A stretch of DNA of 60,230 nucleotides, counting the filler, from Dugesia japonica (Eukaryota): the NCBI GenBank assembly GCA_001938525.1. It is 5 parts of 5 records of this genome, joined end to end, with 100 filler letters (N's around TTAATTAATTAA, not from the genome) between each part and the next. Parts side by side here need not be neighbours in the genome. Positions count along the whole stretch, not along the records: positions 49,170 to 60,230 come from MQRL01627255.1; 4 more parts are not named here. One strand, 5' to 3'. Under the pieces are notes generated by a model, which worked only from the letters and a program-made list of their open reading frames with translations, was not told the DNA's origin and ran no database searches. Below, one piece after another: positions 49,345 through 60,230 of the stretch. Numbering within the stretch: position 1 is the first letter of the stretch; each line of letters begins with the position of its first letter. Made by a program: the position numbers and the translations under genes.

Positions 49345-51607
49345 TTAAAATAAATTTGTTATTTGAATTTCTTCAATTATTTTACTTCCTTCAACTGTAT
49401 ATTTATTTTTAACTGGTCCAATACTTTTTGGAATTTTATTTGGAATACGTTTTACCCATTTGGGACCACCATATTTATAGATTATTTCTGAAACTCTGTC
49501 TTCCACCATTCTTGTAAGAAAATCATCAGGTATAAAAAATCGTAAGTATTTCAATCTTTCGCATACAGCAAAATCAATTGGCCATCTCCATAGGTCATAA
49601 AATGGACATAAATTCATTCCACTTACAAATGACGATGTTAAAATCCATAATTTCAGTTTAAAACTATCATGAATATCCATTCTTTCAAAGTTTTTATATC
49701 GCCGAAATATCTGAGCATATAATTCCCAACCAAAACTATTCCGTAATTGAGCATAGACCCCTAAGGCCAAATCTCGAATTGTTTCCCATTCTGAAAAGTA
49801 TCCATAATTAAGATAAGTTACCATAGTTCTAACAATAAGTCTAGATTTCAACCATCCTTCTGAAGGAGACCACGAACTTTTATTCGTCACGGATTCAATA
49901 CCTACTAGTGTAAATATGTTATTTGTTACTTCTTCAGTCCCTCTAAATGTAAACAAGTTGTCTTGTAAATTATGTCCAATCTCATGAAGTATAGCCCATG
50001 CATCATTGGTTTCAATAGAGTTTTTATTAAAGATATGAAACCCTTCATGATCTGTTACGTCGGGTATCTTTGTAGCAATCGGGTATCCAGAATGCATATA
50101 TCCTTTTTCAATTTGTATATCTGTAGATATTACCTCTCTACGACTTTGACTTACTGATTTTCCTTTAAGATGAAATAGTTCTTTCACCACTGAATCATAC
50201 AATGTTAATATTTTATCTGGTTCTGCTAAATTGCGAACTGCGTGTGATGATACTATAAACACGAGTGCATCACCAGCCAGAATCACCCATGGAGAAANNN
50301 NNNNNNNNNNNNNNNNNNNNNNNNNNNNNNNNNNNNNNNNNNNNNNNNNNNNNNNNNNNNNNNNNNNNNNNNNNNNNNNNNNNNNNNNNNNNNNGTCGTC
50401 ATATTGCTGACATTGTATTGATATTAAACCACCAAAAGGAAAAGAAAACCTTTTCAAAATATTTGGATAAATGTAAAATTTAGTGGAGGCTGATGGCCAT
50501 TTTTTCCATTCAGTCAATTTGTCAACAGAAAATAATTGAAAATTTAAATGAATAGTACATTGCTTTGACATTGAATAAGTAATTTNNNNNNNNNNNNNNN
50601 NNNNNNNNNNNNNNNNNNNNNNNNNNNNNNNNNNNNNNNNNNNNNNNNNNNNNNNNNNNNNNNNNNNNNNNNNNNNNNNNNNNNNNNNNNNNNNNNNNNN
50701 NNNNNNNNNNNNNNNNNNNNNNNNNNNNNNNNNNNNNNNNNNNNNNNNNNNNNNNNNNNNNNNNNNNNNNNNNNNNNNNNNNNNNNNNNNNNNNNNNNNN
50801 NNNNNNNNNNNNNNNATTAGTTAATGGTTTGTTCAGACATGGTATTAGTTGCTTAAAAAATGGTAAGTAAATAAGATAAAAGGATTGAACATTCATAAAT
50901 ACTCTTTCATAATTATTTATATTGGCTAAATATTGAAATGGTACATTTAATAAAATAGTTTTAATGGTGTCTGCAACAGATATTGCATTTGATATACTCA
51001 CTGTAGCATAACCTATCAAATGAACGAGGGGAAATGTGTGGATTTCTTCTTTTTTAGTTACATGTATTTCCGTACGTACTTGCTCAACTGATGGCCATAT
51101 TCCTAATGCAAAAAATAAAACTTGCAATTCACTATCCTCAATTTTCCTAGGATAATCCCACAAAGTTATTTCCATTATTATTCTTAATCCAGCTTTTATT
51201 AAGTTTAGTAAGACGTCAATTCCTTGTTTTCCAATTTCATCAACAGCATTCCATATGACCGGCGTAGAAACATCATTTTTGGTTTCCCAGTTTGATTTCA
51301 ATGTTTTTAGAAACTCAACAGTTAACTTTTGAGGACGTACTTTCCAGAATTTAAATACTTGCTGAAATAAATCTGCTAGATCTGTATAATCCTTTAGTGG
51401 TTCACCGGATTCATCAAAAAGATGTATTTGGGAATGTAAAAATGCAACGCAACCTTTTCCAACAGTAGAAATTGTTGCCATTACTTTATTTTCTTGAGTA
51501 ATGGCATACGGAATAACATTATCATTTAACAGATAAAAGTAACCAAAATGTAATTCTATTGAAAATGTTGAAATTAGTTTATCTTTTCTGGCTAAAAAGT
51601 TTCTGAT
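49345..51607 (-). CDS. TCAF/FAM115-like M60 (PF13402) zinc metallopeptidase
   Basis: DIQIEKGYMHSGYPI, WAILHEIGHNLQ..GTEEVTNNIF (HExxH..E), YAQLRNSFGWE, NLCPFYDLWRWP. N-terminal PYAITQENKVMATISTVGKG is like TCAF. AG acceptor before 51607 (phase 0). Two N gaps internally. Confidence 0.9.
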
Positions 51608-52276
51608 CTAAATAACAATAAAATGAAAATTTATTTGATTAAAATATTATTAAAAATTAATACATTTATTAAACATAATTAGTGATAAATTATACATAAC
51701 ATCTCGTGTATAACGCACGTTATATAAGAGTAAGAAACCATTTATTTAAAAATCTAGAATGCGCATTAAACACGGGATTTTAGTGTAAACAATTTCAATA
51801 CTTAATTCTTAATCTTAAAAATTAATAATAAAATAAAATAAAAAATTTCAATTTGTTAAAATATTTTTACACTAAAACTCTTTATCAATAACTTTTATGT
51901 TTTTAGCCTTTTTACAATTTTTCCAATTTTATTTAATTCTGATTTAGTTGAAACTATTTCTTGTATAATAAAATTGGCAAGTTTTATGATAACAAGTATA
52001 TACTACACTAGAGGTTTTCAATCTTTTATAGCGGGTAAAACTATTTATACTCTTCACAAATGTGGAGCTCGTTTATTAAAATAAGTTATAAATAATAGAT
52101 ATATTATTGCATACTCATTTGAAAATCTATTACAAACTGAAACAAATCAATGTATAACTTAAGAAACATAAATTTGTTTAGAAATTATACAATTTCACGG
52201 AGCCCTTGTAACTCTTCCAAGGCGCCCTTGAGCTCCGCAGATCACGCGTTATATTATCAAACGAAATATTATAGAT

Positions 52277-53950
52277 CAGGGGTAAACAAAATTTTTATGA
52301 GAAGGGCCAAATTTAGGCTGAGAATGTGAAATAAATTATATTAAAAAAACTTCAAATTAATTTTTAATTTTATTAATGAGATTTATGAAACTGATTGCAT
52401 AATTTTTTAAAATTATAATCAGGTACTAGATTGCTAGTTGAAATGCGTAAAATTGATTTTAAATTAGAATCAGTAATGAGTGACCGATTTTTTGACTTAT
52501 TAATATTCATGCTTGAAAATGTTTGTTCACAAATGTAAGTTGACCCAAAAAAAGGAAAAAATTCTTGATACAAAATTACACAAATTTGCCGCATCTAGTT
52601 TAGAATAAAATTCAATTAGACTGGCTTCTTTAAAATGCGCTCTAATCGAATTGTCACTTTGAAGATCAGTAATTTTCATTTGAAGACATTCATCAACGGT
52701 TTACTGAAAAAGGATAACAAATAATATTTTAACTTTATTCAAATGCTGTAAAATCGCTGAATCTTTTAGAAAATTCATCATAAAGTTGTAATATTATTAA
52801 TTTATATTGATTATTTTTATCCAAAGGTACTTATTGGGTTTTTAGCGCTACAAAATGAATATAGTTATGTTCACTAATTTGTCTAGCAAACAACTTTAGT
52901 TTATTTTGAAAATCTTTTACTGCAGTATAAAGTTCAATTTTATAATTACAATTATTGTGAGAATAATTGTTGGACATAACCATTGATCGGATTTGAGATT
53001 TCATTANNNNNNNNNNNNNNNNNNNNNNNNNNNNNNNNNNNNNNNNNNNNNNNNNNAAAATTTATTTGTAAAAAAAGTTCAAATTTTGTTTTGTTTTGAT
53101 CGAAGCCTTATCTTATTTTAATGAAATAAAGTTCAAATATGAAAAGCTCTTTTCCTTGTAAAGTATTTGTTAGTTGAGTTTGGAAAACTCGTCGTATTAT
53201 CAATATCAAAATTCGAATTCATTATGACACTTTATTAAAATCAAAACTGTAATTAACATTATTTGTTAATCAAGCAAATTAAAATCATGTGTTTTAATTG
53301 GTGTTCATTTTTCTAAAATTTAAAAATTGAAACTTTTATTTATTAAAATTATTTTTAACATTTTACTTGTATTCAGAATCAATATTTTCGAGAAATGAGC
53401 AAAATTGATGATTAAAAAATCTCAAAAAATTAATTAGATTTGTAATTGGATTAATATCATCTTTAAATTTTAAAATAGATTTACACAAACTTTCTTGATG
53501 AATGATACAACGAAAAGAAGACACGAAAAGGATAATTTTTTTAGCTTCATCGTTTACGAGACTCGCCAGATCGGAATTTTGGCCAATCGTTGAGGGGGCA
53601 CCATCCGTCGTAATATTAGCCAATTTATTAAATGGTAAATCAAACTATTTAAGGGAATTTTCAAGGCAAACAAACAAATTTCTGCTAGTTGTTTTTTTTT
53701 CATTGGTTCAATTGATAATATATCTTCAATCATTTCAAAATCTGGATTGATACCTCTTTTAAATAACAAAAGCAGTGCAGTATCATGAATATCGGTACTT
53801 TCGTCGAATGCTAAAGAATACCAAACAAAATTTTGACAAAATTTATTGATCTGTTTCAATTGGTACTCAGCGATAACTTCAACTCGGCGCACCACAGTTC
53901 TTTTCGAATGAACTAGTTGGTTACCAAAATTAAACATTCCCAAATTATTT
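52277..53950 (-). mobile_element. hAT transposon (SPIN/Buster/GTF2IRD2-like), degenerate, intronic
   Basis: TIR-like CAGGGGTAAACAAA at 52277; YSLAFDESTD, ITTDGAPS, CIIHQESLC, FGSTYICEQTFSSM..KSKNRS. Confidence 0.9.
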
Positions 53951-54928
53951 GAACTATTAATTCTAAATTATAATTTTAGCAATTTGAATATTCTGATTTT
54001 ATTTCGAAAAAAATTTTCAATAAATTTTAATTTTGTTCAAGGAAACTTAAATTTACTTCATGTATAATAAATAAAAAAAATTTAATATTTCAAAATTCAA
54101 AATATATTTTCATCATATAGGTTTTGGTAATTTAATTTTTATTCAAATTATTTTCCGTTAATTAATTTTGAAACTTTTTAAAAACCGTAGTTAAAATAAA
54201 TTTAAAAATTTAACTCTTCAGTTAATCCTTTCTAACGCTAAACATAAATCGAAACTGTTTCCTAAAAAAGGTCATAACTGAAGAGGCCATTGTCTTAAAA
54301 TCTTATATAAAAATTGACTAATTCTAGAATAACGAACAATGCAAAAATTCCAATATTTCGAATATATTCTACATTTGTAAAATTAATTACATTATCAAAG
54401 ATGATTATACATTGCTCACCTTTTATTAAAATGTATTGTTAGACCTCGCGGCAATATTCTTGCGACCCATGTGACTATCAAAGTTCACTGATTTTGACAT
54501 GCTTAGTTTAATTCATTTTGCTAATTTTATTTATTAATAATTTGAATATTCTGATATTATTTCGAAAAAATATTGCAATACATTTTAATTTTGTTCCACG
54601 AAATTTAAATTTATTCCTAGTATAATATTCCTAGCTATTCCTCGAATTTCTATAAAAATAAATTTTATTTTGATCGAAGCCTTTTCTTTATTTTAATGAA
54701 ATCTCAAAAACGATCAATGGTTAAGTTAAACAATTGTTGCAATAATTGTAATTATAAAATGAAATTCTAATAAAATTACACGTGATTTTAAATAAAAAGT
54801 AATTTATTAATGTTAATTCTAAAGCATAAATAATTAAGTTTTTAATATTAATGTCCTAAATAATATTTCTATATCTTTCATGCATTTAAAACAATCTCTT
54901 TAGGGAATTAATTTATTAATAACTTTAC

Positions 54929-55975
54929 CTTTCCTTGATATTTCAAAAATTCTTCACTTAATTTTATTGTCGGCTTATAAACTGTTCCCGAATACGTTAT
55001 ATGAAAAGAGGAATGTCTTAAGGAAGAAATAAAAATTAAATATCTAAGGGGCTGACGACACCAATAGGTTAGAATAAATTGATCATATGACTTCGTACTT
55101 CTATACATTTCACAATNNNNNNNNNNNNNNNNNNNNNNNNNNNNNNNNNNNNNNNNNNNNNNNNNNNNNNNNNNNGTTTTACGGCGAACATCCCATTGCC
55201 ACAAAACTAAATTAATAATTTTACCAATGAAATAAAATCACTCATCTTTTAACCTATATGAACTGAGACCGTAACCATTAAACTTTGATATAATTCATTC
55301 AATGGTATGATTTTAGTGTATTTAAGATTAGATTTTAGAAAATCATAACCTCCAAAGAAGTCAACTTGACTGAATTCTAAAATGAATATATAAAATAACA
55401 AATACGTGAATATTAAATTAACTTTTATCACAATCTGGAACACGGCAAAAATCCCAACTATATGCATAGAAACACCATGGTGCTTGCATATTTTCTGGAT
55501 TTCGACATTTGTTACCAGCATAAAACCTACTTTTCTCTGGAAATAATTCATCCCTGTATACCCCTTTATCAACCCATGCTTTGCAAGCTTTTCCACGCAT
55601 TGTATAATTTATTGAACCCATATATTCTGTACCTTCATCTGATGTTTTGCACCAATGTCTTTCTTTAATGTCTTTTTGTTGTAATTTATGCTTATATATT
55701 TATAATCATACCTTTAACACAACTTGGAATGTTGCAATACTCCCACTCTAAAGTATTTTTATTAACAAAACACCATGGTCCTTTAGGAAATTGTGTTGGA
55801 TTTCTACAAAATACGATATCAGTGATAGCAGATTCGTCGTAATAATAGCTGTTAGATAGACGTAATCCATCTATATATGCTTTCTTCCAAGGAATGCATG
55901 ATTTACCATTATAGGTTTTGCTTACTGTTCCAATATATTCGCTACCATGACTTGTGATTCTGCATTTTTCAATTT
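54929..55975 (-). CDS. Two tandem kringle domains plus linker exons (probably the 5' part of the M60 gene)
   Basis: Exons 55975-55712 (CRITSHGSEYIG..GKSCIPW..FCRNP..GPWCF..WEYCNIPSC), 55671-55423 (CKT..GTEYMG..CKAW..NKCRNP..APWCF..WDFCRVPDC), 55376-55254 and 55206-54929. Introns are 40-47 bp, phase 1; the last donor is phase 0. Confidence 0.88.
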
Positions 55976-56069
55976 CTAAATTAAAAAAATGAATTTGTTA
56001 AATCTCAATAAAAATATTTTAAAAGGTTTTTAAAGAAATTGATGTAAATATTAGGATTAAAAAAAGAAA

Positions 56070-57425
56070 ATTCAATTTCTAGGAGTAGAAACCATAAATA
56101 AATAGTACATAAGATGCACACCTAACCAGTGATGACTAAAGATAGAACACAGACGATGGGGCCAAAACCAACAAAAGCGATGAAATATTTAGCAAGTTGT
56201 TATTTTAATTATATGGGATTTTCCAGATTTTAGGGATAAGAAACTACAGAAGGAATAAATTATTGCAGTGAAATACATAAGGGTAAACGGTATTAATACC
56301 CGTTAAAAGACTAATGTCTAATTTGCAGCAAGTCTGGCTATTCTTTTAAATCTTGTGCAAAGTGATAGCGTTGATCTGGCCGCAGTAACACTAAACTTCT
56401 GTATATTCAGGAATAATTAAATGATGCAAATTAAAAGACAACAGCGTAACAGATTATGATGTAGTAATGATAAAAAACCGGAACGACTCCATTGCTTTTA
56501 TTTCATAGATGGAGTAAATATAAAACAAGGTTAAATAAATTAAAGTGGTGATGAAAGAAGAGAATTGTTTGAAAGAAAAGATGCAGAAGAGTGGAGAAAA
56601 GTATACTTTAATCGAGTAAAGTAAAAAATGTTGCGAGATTAAGGAACTTTTGTGATATACGAGTGAAAATTATTAGAATAGAATTGAAAAACTGTTGTTC
56701 TCAGCGCGCAATATCAGATAAAATGAAATATTTAATAATAGCGTAGAAAACCCTAAAAATAGTATTTCAATATTCCATGGAAGATCAGATGTACATTTTA
56801 GATTTTTGGTACTAGTTTTGTGATAATTTCAATGCAAAGAAGAAAAGAAAATTGTATTGGCAAATGAATCCAGATATTTGACAGCTCATGATAAAATGTA
56901 TTGGAAATTGAATTCCAGTAAAAACAGATCACAAAGCTTGGGTATTTTTGAACTATACAAAGAAACTGATTAATCCACAAATCCAGATGTGTATGGTAAA
57001 TTTAAGAGTTTATGATTTTTATCTCAAGTATAGAAAATGCAAAGAACCCACCAATGCGGATGAGTTGCCGAGGTTTAAGAAGAGTTTATGTTTACAATGC
57101 AGTATGAAACACGTGTACGCAAAAGAAGCAAAAACAAGATTATAGAATATCAATGGAATATAACATAAGACCGATAAATTTGCAATGATTGGACACGGCT
57201 CAAAAAAGGATTAAGAAATACAACACTGTGTAGCAATTTTGAGAGAGCAAGGTTAAGAGATTAAAAATAGTGAACATGGAAAGTACTGAAATAAACTGAA
57301 AATTAAATTTAAGATAGTGGATTATTTATTAGTAGTGGAAAGAAGAAATAAATTATTGTTAGTGGTTCCGACAAGCATACTTGATAAAGTGAAAAAGGAA
57401 ATTCATGAAGATTTATTTCATTTAA
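56070..57425 (+). mobile_element. Highly degenerate Gypsy pol fragment
   Basis: FLGV.., YMGFSRF, YRKCKEPTNADELPR..CLQC, LLVVP..EIHEDLFH. Confidence 0.6.
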
Positions 57426-57429
57426 AGAA

Positions 57430-57800
57430 GAATAACAACGTCAAAGGGTATATTCCAATATGATTATGCGAACAGTCTTTTCAAGGTTTACTTAATACAA
57501 CAGAAATGCCACCAAAATGGAATGAAATAACGGATGAAGATTATGAGAAGGCGTTGGAAATGTAGAGAACTACTGATCGCAAGATGCTTCTGGATTATAT
57601 GATGATTTATTTAAAGCTGGACATATTTTTATTGGCAGATTTCTTCCAACAGTTCAGAATCAAATCAATTTCACACAACAAATTGAAGCCATTGAATTTC
57701 TTTGGCTTACGAGCCAAGAGTTGGGCATTAGTCTTGATGTCACTAAATTAACAGGTAGAACAGTTGATGGACAACGATATATTCTTCTTTGTTGAAGGTG
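57430..57800 (+). pseudogene. pPolB exonuclease-III fragment (different subfamily)
   Basis: KGIFQYDY..ITDEDYEKA..LDYMMIYLKLDIFLLADFFQQFR..SW..DIFFFVEG. Confidence 0.8.
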
Positions 57801-58017
57801 AGTAGTTGTTAAATGGGATGAATGACACCTATAGCATTTTTTTGGATTTTTTCACCAAAATGACTGTTTTGGCGAGTTTTTTGTCATTAATGAGAAAAAT
57901 TCCATTATTCAAATGAATTAGTTAATTTTAATAAATAAAATAAATGGAATCATGCAAAAACGTCGAAAAAATTCAAAAAAACGCTACAAGTGCTATCCAT
58001 CCCATTTAACAACTACT
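57801..58017. mobile_element. 217-bp hairpin mini-element with AGTAGT...ACTACT ends
   Basis: AGTAGTTGTTAAATGGGATG ... CATCCCATTTAACAACTACT, with imperfect pairing over about 55 bp. No TSD. Confidence 0.75.
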
Positions 58018-58309
58018 ACACTTTTTCAAATCAGAATTTGTACTTTTTCAAATCAGAATTTGTACTTTAATAAATGACATTGTTTTCAATAAATTAGATA
58101 AATATTAATAAAAAGTTCCNAAAGAAGATAAATTCAAAAATTTGGAAAAACTAAAAAACGTTTTTTTGNAAANGTTTTTGTTATTTTAATAAAAAANTTN
58201 AAAAATAAACTTTTTTTTGAAACTTTTTTGATCTACGCCTAAGTTTATTTTCGTAATTTTGAAAATATTTAATTTTTTATTTCACTGATCAATGGTTAAA
58301 AATTTTAAA

Positions 58310-59847
58310 AACATTCTTTGCAAGAGGAATAAGTGGATGAATCTCAACGGTATTGGGAGATTAATATGTTAAAGCAAATAATAAATATACTAATATGCGA
58401 CAGATATAAAATATTAGATAAAATAGAACGTCAAGATGTATTAAATGATTTAAAAATAAATGGTAAGAAAACAACGAAACTTCAAGAGGCACTAAAATCT
58501 AATTATTTATTATATATCGATGCAAATAATTTATATGGACATTCAATGAGCCAACCTTTACCTTATAGTAATTTTGAACAAGCCACAAAAGAAGTAATCG
58601 ATTGTGTGAAACAAAATCCAATGGAAGGATTACAATTTATGTTTAATAAAGCAAAAGAAATACATAATAATGAGTTTAATGTTAGTTATGCTTTTAAAGT
58701 TGATTTACAATATAAAGATGATGAAGCGAAATTAGCTAATAGGAAATATTCATTAGCTCCAGAGAAAAGAAACATAGAAATAAATGAATTATTTAATTAT
58801 CAGAAAAATTTATTAAATCAATCCAAACAAAATTTTGTTGAGACAGAAAAATTAGTTTTAGATTTAAATCCAAAAACAAATTATTTTGTTTATTGGAAAA
58901 ATCTAGAATATTATCTTCAAAGAGGAATGGTTGTAACAAAAGTACATAAAATAGTTTCATTTTAAGAAAACCTTGGTTTAAAGATTATATAGATTATAAT
59001 ACAAGAAAAGAACTGTTGCCACAACTGATTTTGAGAAAGATTTGTGGAAATTAATGAATAACGGTTTTTTTGGTAAAACAATGGAGAATTTAAGACTAAG
59101 GCAAAATATAGAATTTGTTAATACACCAGAGTAATTTATAAAAAGAACTTCTAAACCAACTTTTAAAAGTTTAAAACAATTTGACGAAAATTTATTCGCT
59201 TGCCACTTCACGAAGAAACAAATACAAATGAATAAACCAATTTATATTGGATTTGTTATATTAGAATTATCGAAGTTACATATGTATAAAACTTTTTATG
59301 AGGAATTAAATCCTAAATTAGATATCACCTCATTATATACAGATACCAATTCTTGGGTGTTTAAAATTAATCGGATGATTTATATAGAGAAATAAGAGAG
59401 AAGAATTTAAAAGAAATATTTGACTTTAGTAATTATAAAAAAGATAGCGCCGTTGGGGGAGAATTAAAATTAACTCCTAAAGATTTGACTAAACATAAAA
59501 ATGTAATTGGTTATTTTACGGACGAGTTAGGAGGAAAATTAATGAAAGAATTTTGTGCTCTAAAATCAAAATCTTATTGTTTTATAAACGGGGATAATGA
59601 GGAGAAAAAGAAAAATAAAGNNNNNNNNNNNNNNNNNNNNNNNNNNNNNNNNNNNNNNNNNNNNNNNNNNNNNNNNNNNNNNNNNNNNNNNNTTCAATAT
59701 AATATTAATTATAGTATTAGATCGAAACTACATAATGTTTATGCAATAAAACAAAATAAAATATCTTTAAATCCATATGATGATAAAAGATATTATTACA
59801 ATAGTATAAATAATGGTCCATATTGTAATGGAATTTATTTAACATAA
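58310..59847 (+). pseudogene. pPolB polymerase domain, copy E, degenerate
   Basis: RGISG*IS; LYIDANNLYGHSMSQPLP; KLMNNGFFGKTMEN; NKPIYIGF; YTDTNS; ALKSKSY; KISLNPYDDKR. Confidence 0.92.
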
Positions 59848-60230
59848 ATATTAATTTAAATTTTCATTGAATACTAAAAAATGGATGAAAATTATTACAA
59901 TAAAGATAATAAAGATAATGAAAATTATTATATTTTAAATGAAGAAGAATTTCAAGATATAATAAATTATTCTAAAATAAATGCTTCAAAAACAACAAAG
60001 ATTCAAGAATACATAATTTTAAAGTCTTATGAAAATAGAGAAAGATTTTTATAAATAATGAGTTAAATTATAAAAATTATTTTTATAAATAAAAATGCCC
60101 GACCCAAATAAAAATACATTTAAAGAAATTTAAAATATTATTGCGTCAATATTTTTATTCCAACGAGATAAAAAATTTAAAAGTGTACCAAAAATGTTGG
60201 AATCTTTTACTTTAGAAACAGATTATGAAA

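Overview
Very AT-rich eukaryotic (metazoan) scaffold with N-gaps. Several gaps carry an artificial TTAATTAATTAA linker. Host genes have tiny GT-AG introns (40-51 bp), consistent with a compact-intron animal such as an orthonectid; this cannot be confirmed from sequence alone. Host genes: an FGD-like FYVE+PH exon, a HUWE1 N-terminal fragment, the C-lobe of a divergent CDK1/2-like kinase, an Lmx-like LIM-homeobox gene with an unusual Cys50, a TCAF/M60 metallopeptidase, and a tandem-kringle region. The kringle exons are splice-phase compatible with the peptidase, suggesting a kringle-kringle-M60 fusion. Most of the rest is decayed mobile DNA. Polinton/Maverick (adintovirus-like) remains include five protein-primed PolB copies or fragments, an A32 ATPase, an rve integrase, adenovirus pX-like ORFs, nine AGTAG-type termini (four of them forming two small hairpins) and a TBP-like pseudogene divergent from the ATPase. 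Also present are Gypsy elements and solo LTRs with 4-bp TSDs, hAT, Tc1/mariner and pogo remnants, and a Penelope fragment with a minimal hammerhead ribozyme. All assignments come from manual translation and motif recognition; no database searches were run.
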